A stretch of 64,000 bases of DNA from a virus (lineage: Duplodnaviria; Heunggongvirae; Uroviricota; Caudoviricetes). Position 1 is the stretch's first letter, and each line of letters begins with the position of its first letter. A program made the position numbers and the translations under genes. Location: IMG/VR virus record IMGVR_UViG_3300028030_000006, positions 29,611 through 93,610 of that record. One strand, 5' to 3'. Under the pieces are notes generated by a model. That model was given only the letters and a program-made list of their open reading frames with translations. It was not told the origin of the DNA and searched no databases. Below, one piece after another: positions 28,996 to 37,948 of the stretch.

Positions 28996-31252
28996 CTCCT
29001 AAACATGCTTGTTTTGGTTGCTCTTCTACAGATGCAACTCTAGTATTGGTATAGTATAATGTCTTCACTCCGTAATATTTAGCAAAATACATATCTTTTA
29101 GTAAGGTAGCCAATGGTATCTTCCCGCCCTTAAATAAGTCTGGATTATAAAAACGATTAGCACTAATAGACTTATCTATCCACTTCTGTGTTACTGCTAC
29201 ATGCATCAAATAACGTATAGTCATATCTTTAGACTCATAAGCTAACTCATACTGATGTGCTAACTTCCGAACTTGTGGAGCGAATTGCTTCATTGTAGAC
29301 GTCTTATTATTTTTATAGGTAATAAAGTCTTTGATAGGCTCCAACCCATTTGTCTGGCTAGAAGGTCCTGCGGATGACTCTGCTGGTGGCACCATAGAAA
29401 GTGCAACATTCGCCATACCTACCAACATTACACGTTCTCGTAACCAGTCCCAATCTTGAGTATATTCGCGTTGTACTAGCTCATCTACATGTTTGTTATA
29501 CCGGTCTATTGGCATAATGCCTTTAGCGTATGTTGAACGTTCCCAAAATACTGGCGCAGGAGAAGTCTCCTCAGCGATATCAGTTGATGACTTAATCAAA
29601 CTAAACTGAAATAACTCCATCCATTCATCGTGTTTCAGTAACGCCTCTTTACTACCATACTTTAAATTTTGTTTTGCTAGCCAGTATGCATGATTTGAGA
29701 AACCTAGACCTACACTACGATACTGCTCAACGTAAGCTTGGGCTTGTGTTGTTGGATGCTTCTGGCGTAGCATAATATGCGTCTGTGCTCTCAATAGAAT
29801 ATCCACAGTATCTGCGAGTTCATCCATAGGTATTACTCCCTGATTTACATTACCTAGGACACATATAGCAATTGCTGGATCGTCTGGTTTGGTACTCAAT
29901 ACTGGTTTAGTTGGAGATACCTCCTCTACACAGATGTTGGATTGATAAATAGTTTCAACATACGGAGAGTTGGTATTAATATCATCAATATTGATCACAT
30001 AATACGCACTATTTTCAAAAGCTTCCGTGTTTAACTGCTCTAACAGCAACCTAGCTGAGATACGATGGTTATCTGGAAATTCCTCCTCTAGCTGCTCATA
30101 TAATGCAACAAACTCATCCTTGTTCCCAGAATGACATACTTCATATAACTCTTTAGAATCTCTAGTTGAGAATAGCGTAATAACCTTACCAGCTTTAGCA
30201 CGTTCATACACCAAATCACGTAATTTTATGCCATAAGACAAGTCATTAATACGCTTCTCTATTGACGTTCTAGGTGACTTTAGGGCTAGTACTTCTAGTA
30301 TTTCAGGATCGAAGAAAAGTAAGAATGGAGTTGCTGAACCCCGTCTGCCATTCTGTACCGCTTTTTGTATATCAGCATCGATAGATTTTAGTACAGGGAT
30401 TTTCCCTCCGTGGTTTATTAAACCTCCTTTAACTTTGTCACCAATCGATGCAATCGAAGAGACATCGATACCTATCCCAGCAGATGCGGCTGTATGCAAC
30501 ACTAACGCTTTGGAAGCTTCCACCCAAGAATCTAATGAATCACCCATAGAAAGCAGTACACACGAGGCATAATCCGTACTCTCAGTACGTAATGCATCCA
30601 TTTCAGGCGATGGGAACGTAATGTAGAAATCTCGTAACTTCTTGTACAGTTTTTTAATATAGTACATACGATCTTTATGATAATCCCGAAATGTGTCCAT
30701 AGCTATTAACATAAACATATGTTGTGGAAGTTCTATTAAACGTCCGTTATGCTTTTTCATGTAGCGTAACTGCATAAATTCCAAACCTGCTGTAGAGAAG
30801 TTAAAATCGTGTGAGTAATCAATCGCAGACTCGAGGTCTTGAAATTCGTCAGCAGTAAATGAGTCCAATAACACTTGACTATACACCCCATAACTTACAC
30901 CACGCTGTAAAATGTCTATTAATGGTAGCGCATGTTTGGATCTCCCAACATCTTTATACATACGATGAACCATCAAATTTTTAGCTATAATATCATACCA
31001 TATATCTTTAACGGTAGCCATATCTTTCGCAGTTTTAATCAACACCTCATCGATATGTCTAGTAGGGATGCCATTATAGAAATGCAATTTAGCGGCCAAC
31101 TCAATATTACCAATTAAATGCTCGTATTTGCCTTCAGCAGCAGCTTCAAGATGTGAATGAATTTTCCCAACGTCCAAAGGCTCTGTACTGCCATCAGCTT
31201 TGGTAACATTAATTACATTACCTTGCTGTTGAGACATCATACCTCCTCCCAA
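28979..31252 (-). CDS. nrdA: Ribonucleotide reductase class I alpha subunit with ATP-cone
   Basis: N-terminal ATP-cone 'VINVTKADGSTEPLDVGKIHSHLEAAAEG' is present. The active-site region 'NICVEE' and a C-terminal 'CLGGGCEI' thiol pair are present. Length is 757 aa. Confidence 0.8.
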   Translation of the reverse strand: MGGGMMSQQQGNVINVTKADGSTEPLDVGKIHSHLEAAAEGKYEHLIGNIELAAKLHFYNGIPTRHIDEVLIKTAKDMATVKDIWYDIIAKNLMVHRMYKDVGRSKHALPLIDILQRGVSYGVYSQVLLDSFTADEFQDLESAIDYSHDFNFSTAGLEFMQLRYMKKHNGRLIELPQHMFMLIAMDTFRDYHKDRMYYIKKLYKKLRDFYITFPSPEMDALRTESTDYASCVLLSMGDSLDSWVEASKALVLHTAASAGIGIDVSSIASIGDKVKGGLINHGGKIPVLKSIDADIQKAVQNGRRGSATPFLLFFDPEILEVLALKSPRTSIEKRINDLSYGIKLRDLVYERAKAGKVITLFSTRDSKELYEVCHSGNKDEFVALYEQLEEEFPDNHRISARLLLEQLNTEAFENSAYYVINIDDINTNSPYVETIYQSNICVEEVSPTKPVLSTKPDDPAIAICVLGNVNQGVIPMDELADTVDILLRAQTHIMLRQKHPTTQAQAYVEQYRSVGLGFSNHAYWLAKQNLKYGSKEALLKHDEWMELFQFSLIKSSTDIAEETSPAPVFWERSTYAKGIMPIDRYNKHVDELVQREYTQDWDWLRERVMLVGMANVALSMVPPAESSAGPSSQTNGLEPIKDFITYKNNKTSTMKQFAPQVRKLAHQYELAYESKDMTIRYLMHVAVTQKWIDKSISANRFYNPDLFKGGKIPLATLLKDMYFAKYYGVKTLYYTNTRVASVEEQPKQACLGGGCEI

Positions 31253-31524
31253 ATGTCTTTAAATTTGTGATCTGGTGTTGTGATAGACCATAAAGATGGG
31301 AAGTCATTTATGTATCTGAATGCTTTCGATCGAGTGACTAATTTAGTATACCCAGTACGCCGATTTTTAATCGTTACGTGGAAAGCTTCTGCAGTGTACG
31401 CCGGTGTTTTCACTACACCCTCGGCTCTAACAGCCCGTTTAGTTATATATCTTGGTTTTACTTTTGTAGCATCAACAACTCGTTTAATGCTACCTGTAAG
31501 TTCTACTTGATTGTCATCTGTCAT
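31237..31524 (-). CDS. Hypothetical basic protein
   Basis: 95 aa. Its stop overlaps the nrdA start by 16 nt. Confidence 0.4.
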   Translation of the reverse strand: MTDDNQVELTGSIKRVVDATKVKPRYITKRAVRAEGVVKTPAYTAEAFHVTIKNRRTGYTKLVTRSKAFRYINDFPSLWSITTPDHKFKDIWEEV

Positions 31525-31680
31525 GCTTTTCCTTTATTTGCTGTATAAACTTGATAATCTTTTGTATATTATCAGTGGTAGGTTCGGCATTAAGCAGCCT
31601 AGAAGCTTCTTTGTAGTGTTTACCACCGTTGTATCTAAGCCGCTGCAACTCTACTATATAAGAACACGCCTTATTTATGA

Positions 31681-32283
31681 TCATTTAGTTACCTTGTATA
31701 AAAACTTATGACTCTCTGGTATGACTTCGTATAGTAGTTTAGCCAACATTTGAATGTCGTAATGTGCATGGCTTTGTTCTCCGTAACGCATATCAAAAAA
31801 GTGCTGCAATGATTGTACATTAAAACTGACCACTAGATCATATTGCATTGCTTGTGGATATAACATAGCTAAATCTTCGGCTGATATTTTATGCTTTTTT
31901 GCTAATGTATGTATATCTTCAATATGTTTAGATAATAGGGCATTAACATGCTCATTAGGTGTTGTGGTATAGTTGGTCCCAAATTTATCAAGCTTACAGA
32001 ATCTTGAACTCATTACGCTCAAGTCTACAGCCGCTTGATGTCTGCTTAACCCTAGTAAAGTTTTCGTTGATATCCCTTGCACACTAAATGTATATTTCAC
32101 ATGCCGGCTTACTGAGTAATGTCCGTGTTGGTGCAACAACCGTTTTAGGTACTTTTCATCTGTCTCAGTGATATCATCTGTAGCTGTATCATAGTTTCCA
32201 CCTAAATGGAAAGACTGATAGCACACCCTACCACCTATAACTGCGTTACTTAGCTTTGTGTGATCTAATAATTCTACTTGCAT
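31681..32283 (-). CDS. thyX: Flavin-dependent thymidylate synthase, divergent
   Basis: 'VIGGRVCYQSF', 'HGHYSVSRHVKYTFSVQGISTKTLLGLSRHQAAVDLSVMSSRF' parallels the ThyX core 'HeSv.EH..fTF.i.g.SR....qL.RHR.aS.SqqSqRY'. Here RHR reads RHQ and SQRY reads SSRF. Confidence 0.55.
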   Translation of the reverse strand: MQVELLDHTKLSNAVIGGRVCYQSFHLGGNYDTATDDITETDEKYLKRLLHQHGHYSVSRHVKYTFSVQGISTKTLLGLSRHQAAVDLSVMSSRFCKLDKFGTNYTTTPNEHVNALLSKHIEDIHTLAKKHKISAEDLAMLYPQAMQYDLVVSFNVQSLQHFFDMRYGEQSHAHYDIQMLAKLLYEVIPESHKFLYKVTK

Positions 32284-32291
32284 ATTTCTCC

Positions 32292-32912
32292 TTAATTTGT
32301 AGTAAGTACTTCACGTAACTGTTTAACAGCTTTACCATATAATCCTGTATTATAAGATAATCCCTGTAACATTCTGTAAACTTCAGTACGAAGTTTCGGT
32401 TGTAGCTTCTCAATAGCGTCAGCTATATCTTCTAACATAGAATCTTCAACTTCATCAGTAGCATCTTGCATAGCAGTTAAGGATAATTTCACTAGCTCTT
32501 CACTGTTCCTTAGTGCGCGTTTATAAGCAACAGCAGGAATGTGTAAAGCTTCAAGTGTCATATCAATACTAGGTATTTTCTTATGTTCGACTATGTACTC
32601 ATCAATATACGTGTAGATCCTATTTAGTGTATGTTGATGTTTAGTTGATGTGGATGTAATACTACGAATAACAGCACCTGTAACAGCTTGTTGTATGAAG
32701 TTCCCGAATTTACCCTTCTCTGGATCATACCTCTTCTCGGCTACTAACGCAGCAATGATAGCCTCTGAGAGCATATCATCAACATCATGTTTTTTGCCAA
32801 ATTTACGGTGCAATTGATACACAATACGTCTGATCAGTGGTAAATACTGTACTGTTAAGCTGTCAGAATTTTCTGGTAAATCATCAGTAGATAAATTCAT
32901 CAGTAACTCCAT
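32292..32912 (-). CDS. Sigma-70 family sigma factor (region 2 and region 4)
   Basis: 'DDMLSEAIIAALVAEKRYDPEKGKFGNFIQQAVTGAVIRSI' matches region 2.1-2.4 ('DL.QEG.iGL..A...fDp..G.kFstYA...Ir..I'). A C-terminal helix-turn-helix-like segment follows. Confidence 0.5.
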   Translation of the reverse strand: MELLMNLSTDDLPENSDSLTVQYLPLIRRIVYQLHRKFGKKHDVDDMLSEAIIAALVAEKRYDPEKGKFGNFIQQAVTGAVIRSITSTSTKHQHTLNRIYTYIDEYIVEHKKIPSIDMTLEALHIPAVAYKRALRNSEELVKLSLTAMQDATDEVEDSMLEDIADAIEKLQPKLRTEVYRMLQGLSYNTGLYGKAVKQLREVLTTN

Positions 32913-33132
32913 TCAGGTATTCGAGTAACTCTGTTTTATGATTAAACACTTCTGTGACCGTTAACCCATCTTTTACTATTACAATATCATTAAGTGCAGC
33001 ATAATTGTATAAAGGTAGTACTCGAATGATATCATTTAGATCACTAATGTCCTTAAGTATAACTATTGATGTCGTCGGCTCAGGCGAAAAAACCTCCTGA
33101 GTTGTAAATTGTATCATATATTCTCCTTTCAT
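32884..33132 (-). CDS. Hypothetical protein
   Basis: 82-aa ORF overlapping its neighbours by a few codons. Confidence 0.35.
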   Translation of the reverse strand: MKGEYMIQFTTQEVFSPEPTTSIVILKDISDLNDIIRVLPLYNYAALNDIVIVKDGLTVTEVFNHKTELLEYLNGVTDEFIY

Positions 33133-33879
33133 TTAGATAGAGTATATCGGAAAGCTGCTTAAAACTTCCTTAATCTCTGCTTCAGTTACATTATTTGGTA
33201 GCGTAGTCTGATCTTTCCATGATGGTCCAATATCTAACTCAGCTTCGTTGTGGATAACTTGATTCTCACAATAATCTTGTACCATATGAGGGATAAGGTG
33301 GTCGTTTAACCATTTAATACTCTCAACATCAGCTTTCACTAAACCATACAAGGCATCATGTATTTGGTTAGTTACAATAACGTAATCTTGCATACTATCG
33401 TGCTCAATATCTTCTTGTAACCCAATACCAGCTCTGTTCATCAATAAACCGTATGACTGAATACTCATATTATTTAAAGTTCTACCTTCTTTACCAGCAA
33501 TAATACGGTCATTGCTCCATATCCTAGGGGTACGTAATTTTAACCCGAAAGCTCCAATAATGTATCCTGTAGCTTTCGATTTACGTATGTTCTCTTCTGC
33601 AAATTTAGCAGTACCGTAGTACAGCTCATGGTACCCGTCATAAACTGCATTTGCTACAGTTTTAGAGCACTTCAATAGATCCTGTATCTTACCTGGACCT
33701 GAACCATAAGCCATCGCAAAAGATGGGCTTTTACTTTTCGCCCTAATATCTGGCAACTCTGTTTTAATTCTGTTGATGGACTTTGGATCACTCATATCCA
33801 ACTCTTCGCCTAACGCTTCGTCTATCTCGTCTTTAAAGAACGCGTAAGCTCTTAGACTATGTCCATCGAACCCTTCACC
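33133..33879 (-). CDS. DNA polymerase A, C-terminal part (exon 2 or second polypeptide): O-helix (motif B) and motif C
   Basis: The open frame extends upstream of the track start (a TTG at 33801) to a stop at 33880-33882. It contains 'IRAKSKSPSFAMAYGSG' (motif B, R..AK...F...YG) and 'NQIHDALYG' (motif C, with HDA in place of HDE). Confidence 0.6.
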   Translation of the reverse strand, partial: GEGFDGHSLRAYAFFKDEIDEALGEELDMSDPKSINRIKTELPDIRAKSKSPSFAMAYGSGPGKIQDLLKCSKTVANAVYDGYHELYYGTAKFAEENIRKSKATGYIIGAFGLKLRTPRIWSNDRIIAGKEGRTLNNMSIQSYGLLMNRAGIGLQEDIEHDSMQDYVIVTNQIHDALYGLVKADVESIKWLNDHLIPHMVQDYCENQVIHNEAELDIGPSWKDQTTLPNNVTEAEIKEVLSSFPIYSI

Positions 33880-34010
33880 TTAATGTTCAACATAGGTCGT
33901 TAATCTATGCCAGTTCTCTTATGAACTTCTGTATATCTCTATACAGAGCAGATCATCTCAACATCCTAGTAATTTAAGGATGACCACCGTTTCTTCCCAC
34001 TTGGGTTCTA

Positions 34011-34196
34011 CTAGCTTACGCTATGATCGTTAGACATTTTAATAACGTCTGATATAATATTATGTGTAAATAGTTCTGTATTCCCTTTTCTCACCAATAC
34101 TCTCGAGCCTGTATACAATTTATCTTGATGTTTATTACGTATTTGTTGCTCAATTTTGTGGGCTAATTCTAAAGCTTCAAGTTCTACTGAGTACAA
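34011..34196 (-). pseudogene. Remnant of a T5orf172/GIY-YIG-like endonuclease C-terminal domain
   Basis: The 61-aa ORF 'LYTGSRVLVRKGNTELFTHNIISDV' parallels the C-terminus of the neighbouring 315-aa endonuclease ('YYGRKVIRSGNTELYTQDITEI'). Confidence 0.4.
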
Positions 34197-34393
34197 GATG
34201 TAATAATTTCACATTTATATCCGTTATTAATTTAGTACGGGATTGTCCACAACCTTACTTGTTTGGAGTTTCCCCGTTTAGATGGTTTTCGACATAAGAT
34301 TACTCTTATGAAGCCCTGAAATCAAGGAATTCTTTTCGTTTATTGGAGTCACCTGAAACCTGAGCCCCCACCCTATCTTCCTTTAAGGTTCCT

Positions 34394-35341
34394 TTAAGGT
34401 TCCTTTGTAATACTACCTAGGTATTTTGTGGTAATTTCGGTAATATCTTGGGTGTAAAGTTCAGTATTTCCTGACCTAATTACTTTTCGTCCGTAGTACT
34501 TGAATGGTTTTAATATTCCAGCTAGGTCAGCCTCTGCCTTATATGCTAATTCGCTAGAACCAAACGTATGCTGGTAGAGTACTATGTAAGGTTCAGGCTC
34601 TCCACTAAACCTATGTTTTACTGTATGTATAGTAACTCCAAGCTTCCATAAATTAAGTCGGGTAAAGTATATGACATACAAGAGTGTTTTAGTTTCTATG
34701 TCTTTATTTAAGTACCCTCGGTTACATAATGGACATCCTTTCCCTTTTCGATGGTTTTGATAGTCTTGTCTCACCTCGCCATGCACAGGACAGTCATAGA
34801 TAATCGTTGGATTTGCATCGACGCGTGCATAGATTAGGTCTTTATATGTATAAGTATGATTATGTGTTTGTATTAGTAGAGGTATTACCTGCTTTAACAT
34901 TACACGCTTCTGTTTGGCTGATGATAGAAAACCACAACACTTACAACCCTTACCTTGTAGATGATCATATTTTCTCTGTTTTCTAATACCATGCTCCATA
35001 CATATATAATAGACGTAATGTTTATCGATTTTTACATAACTATACTGATTATTATGAATTTTAGAGCAACGAATTTTAAAATCTTTAAATGATATCCTCC
35101 GATTAAGACCACGCTGCTTTCTAGCACAGATAGGACACCCATATTTAGTCTTGAGAATACCATCTGGCGTACTAGTAAAGTCTCCATGTAACTTACATGT
35201 AAATACTGATTTACATTTTGCACAAGAAAAGCTAAATTTATCTGTTAGAATCTTGCCATGGAATCTATTTTTGATTCGTTCTCTGTAAACCATAGAATAA
35301 TCTTTCACTTTACTTTCCTTCTGTTTTGTTGTTAATACCAC
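34394..35341 (-). CDS. Homing endonuclease-like protein: N-terminal Zn-ribbon repeats plus C-terminal T5orf172/GIY-YIG-superfamily domain
   Basis: Repeated CxxC pairs (CAKCKS, CPICARK, CKCCG, CPLCNRG) are present. The C-terminal 'LLYVIYFTRLNLWKLGVTIHTVKHRF...AEADLAGILKPF...GNTELYTQD' fits the T5orf172 pattern. The gene is located inside the polA interruption. Confidence 0.55.
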   Translation of the reverse strand: MVLTTKQKESKVKDYSMVYRERIKNRFHGKILTDKFSFSCAKCKSVFTCKLHGDFTSTPDGILKTKYGCPICARKQRGLNRRISFKDFKIRCSKIHNNQYSYVKIDKHYVYYICMEHGIRKQRKYDHLQGKGCKCCGFLSSAKQKRVMLKQVIPLLIQTHNHTYTYKDLIYARVDANPTIIYDCPVHGEVRQDYQNHRKGKGCPLCNRGYLNKDIETKTLLYVIYFTRLNLWKLGVTIHTVKHRFSGEPEPYIVLYQHTFGSSELAYKAEADLAGILKPFKYYGRKVIRSGNTELYTQDITEITTKYLGSITKEP

Positions 35342-35605
35342 ACTATGTCTCCATAGTGAATAGACTATATCACCACCCGTAGTGTAATCTACGGGGCTCC
35401 CCGTTTCGAGCTACCACTGCTCTACGTCTTACGACTAGTCGTTGAACCTTATCCATATCTAATAAAGACTTAGGATCTTGGCTGCTGATTGTCTCTATTA
35501 CTTAAATTTTCAGAGTTCGTTACATATTTCTATGTGATATTCTATTAAGTACCTTATAAGATATTCCAGCAATTAGAGGAGTTTTTCCAAATCTTATTAC
35601 TAAGA

Positions 35606-37393
35606 TTAGGCGCTCAAAGATTCAAGCGCCGCGTAGTCAGACGACCAAAATAAATAACCTTCTGGGGCGGGAAAGCAGGCTTTAATCAATTTTCCCATCG
35701 CCCCTTTTGAAGGGAGATTCGCGAAGTTTGGTGAGTTACTACTCAACCGACCTGTTACAGTTCCTCCAAGACGTTGATTGCCGTACAGACGTCCAATATC
35801 TCCTTGCCCTACATCTGTCCAAAGATCTTCAAACGCCTTCAAGAATGTTGATAGTACGATACTAGTCTCTGAGATAGTTATAAGATTTTCTAATGCCTCC
35901 TTAGCATCCGGATCTGTTACTTTATCTAAAAACTCTATAATACTGTCACGATTAGTTTTAGGTTGCTTTTTATCTGTAAAGTCAATAGGCTCAAACTCTA
36001 GAATATCAAAGAGTAATACACGTAGCTGAGCAGAACTATTAGGGTTAAATTTAAGATCCACAAAATCATCCGCAGTTTTCTTTTTAACTTTAGTCTTAGC
36101 ATTATACTTATCAGCAGCCTCTAGACGTAGTTGTGTTAGAGCCTGTTTGACGTAGAAATTATCTTGCAACGTATCCATAGCTGCATCATAGAGTTTCTTA
36201 ACGTGTATTTTTGCTTCTTTTGTCTTTGTTTTTGAGATAGGCAACCCGGCTACCATCATATTTACTAAGTACTTTAAAGAGGGTTGAATAATAATACGAT
36301 ATGTATCTTCTTGCTCTTCTTCTTGCATAAGCTTATAGTATTTATTATAGACCCAAAACGTGCCTACTACATCCATTGCATTGTACTTATAGAGAGTATC
36401 TTTAGGTAAAGCTAGTACGTCTTTAACGTCGACTGCATAATCACCCAAGTACTCATAAGCTAAGTCCTTCAAAGATAATGAGAATCTAGATGTACTATTC
36501 AAAGATAAAAATGCCATTAGCATCGTATCTTCCGAATCTAAATAATTAGCACCTAACGTACGCCCAATGTGATCTAAAGGGTCTGCCATAAACAGATGAC
36601 GCACTAAAAACTTAGCATCAAATAAATAGTTATGGAAAATCTTAACACCATTGTAAGCAATAAAAAACTCTTTAAGCCAACCTTTAACTTCTTCTGCTTT
36701 ATCTTTACGCTCTTGGTCAGTACCTTCCCACAACGATTCATGTATAGGTAAAGTAACCGCTTGAGTATCAGACCATGCAAATGCAATAGACACCAACTCA
36801 TCACGCTCAAAGCGTAAACCTGTAGCCTCAATATCAATAGCTAGTATATCTTTGGATAATAGATGCTGTAATTCCCTCTCAGTACGTATTACCTTATAAA
36901 AATCAAACTTGAATTTTTTATCTTCTATTTCCTCATGGTTCATCTCAGCGGCTATACGTTTTAATGCTAAGTCTTGAGTTTTCTGCCGATCAGGGTACAT
37001 TTGAAGTAACACATGACTAAGCATAGGAATTACTTTAATATGCTCATAGCCTGAAATAGCACATTGAAAGGCTTTACCAGCATTCTTTTCAATGCCTTTT
37101 GTACCAGCTAAGTAATAAAAATACTTTGAATCTGTAACAATGATACGTTCAATCCCAAGTGTATCACACTCGTCTAACACCTCACTAGCACTTTCCACTA
37201 AATCCTTCTTTTTCAGATTTCCTGTAGCTGGGTAGTATAAGCCAATAGCTCCTATGTCAGCACCTGCAGGCACCTCAGTAGAGTATTTACTTATTGGGTA
37301 GATATAATTTTTTAGTATGAGATCCTTTTTGAGATTCACTTGCTTAACTAGTAACGCCGTTGTTTGATTAGTATCTATACCAAATCTTAACAT
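35606..37393 (-). CDS. DNA polymerase A, N-terminal part (exon 1): 3'-5' exonuclease domain plus polymerase palm up to motif A
   Basis: Exo I 'LAIDIEATGL' is present. The polymerase region ends with motif A 'FWSSDYAALE' and then runs into an in-frame stop after 'SLSA'. Confidence 0.7.
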   Translation of the reverse strand: MLRFGIDTNQTTALLVKQVNLKKDLILKNYIYPISKYSTEVPAGADIGAIGLYYPATGNLKKKDLVESASEVLDECDTLGIERIIVTDSKYFYYLAGTKGIEKNAGKAFQCAISGYEHIKVIPMLSHVLLQMYPDRQKTQDLALKRIAAEMNHEEIEDKKFKFDFYKVIRTERELQHLLSKDILAIDIEATGLRFERDELVSIAFAWSDTQAVTLPIHESLWEGTDQERKDKAEEVKGWLKEFFIAYNGVKIFHNYLFDAKFLVRHLFMADPLDHIGRTLGANYLDSEDTMLMAFLSLNSTSRFSLSLKDLAYEYLGDYAVDVKDVLALPKDTLYKYNAMDVVGTFWVYNKYYKLMQEEEQEDTYRIIIQPSLKYLVNMMVAGLPISKTKTKEAKIHVKKLYDAAMDTLQDNFYVKQALTQLRLEAADKYNAKTKVKKKTADDFVDLKFNPNSSAQLRVLLFDILEFEPIDFTDKKQPKTNRDSIIEFLDKVTDPDAKEALENLITISETSIVLSTFLKAFEDLWTDVGQGDIGRLYGNQRLGGTVTGRLSSNSPNFANLPSKGAMGKLIKACFPAPEGYLFWSSDYAALESLSA

Positions 37394-37656
37394 TTTAAAT
37401 CCTTACAGGTAGTAATCAGCTCTTGCATATTTTTCTCAATAGCAGTCACAGCCTGCTTCAACGTTTTGCATTCACGGCTAGCATCAACAGTGGTAACACG
37501 TAATAGTATAGTAAAGGCGTCTAACATATCTCTAGGATAATAAACAGGAGTGAATACCTCCTCACCCGCTTGTTTGCCAGTCTTAGCCTTTGTAATCTTC
37601 CCTACTACAGGATACTCACCAGAAGTGCTAATTGCCCATGTTTTATATTTTATCAT
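37387..37656 (-). CDS. Hypothetical protein
   Basis: 89-aa ORF upstream of polA. Confidence 0.35.
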   Translation of the reverse strand: MIKYKTWAISTSGEYPVVGKITKAKTGKQAGEEVFTPVYYPRDMLDAFTILLRVTTVDASRECKTLKQAVTAIEKNMQELITTCKDLKC

Positions 37657-37948
37657 CTAACTCCTCCAATTTGAGTTGACGTATCCTCTCATCACATATA
37701 TGTTTAATTTTTTCATAGTCAGTAATTCTAGAATCGCCTTGCTTGGTACGCAATACTCGTTTAATAATGTCAGCATCCCAAGCATTTAAGCTATATTCTT
37801 TCCAGACCGCCCAAGGCTGTATGAAATGATTTGAGTAGTCACTAGTACCTACATTAGTACCACGAACTTCTGTATCTAACATACCGAGCTCTAACAGCTT
37901 TTTGTAGATAGGTTGCGGCACCACCTCCAATTTTTCCTCATCTATCAT
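37643..37948 (-). CDS. Hypothetical protein
   Basis: 101-aa ORF. Confidence 0.35.
   Translation of the reverse strand: MIDEEKLEVVPQPIYKKLLELGMLDTEVRGTNVGTSDYSNHFIQPWAVWKEYSLNAWDADIIKRVLRTKQGDSRITDYEKIKHICDERIRQLKLEELDDKI

Larger units (their letters stand above)
33880..35620 (-). mobile_element. Intervening sequence splitting the polA gene. Candidate group I intron(s) carrying a homing endonuclease gene plus an endonuclease remnant. Boundaries are approximate.
   Basis: Exon 1 reads through motif A to a stop at 35606. Exon 2 frame opens at 33879. The joined sequence '...DYAALE(S)LRAYAFF...' restores a T7-like motif A region 'DASGLELRCLAHF'. The flanks are G+C-rich and pairing-rich, unlike the AT-rich ORF context. 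Confidence 0.45.

Noticed and set aside
33880-35620. Intein explanation for the split polymerase
   Set aside because: The insertion is not in-frame with either exon; exon 1 ends in a stop. It also carries free-standing endonuclease ORFs. This is consistent with an intron or gene-splitting endonuclease insertion, not an intein.
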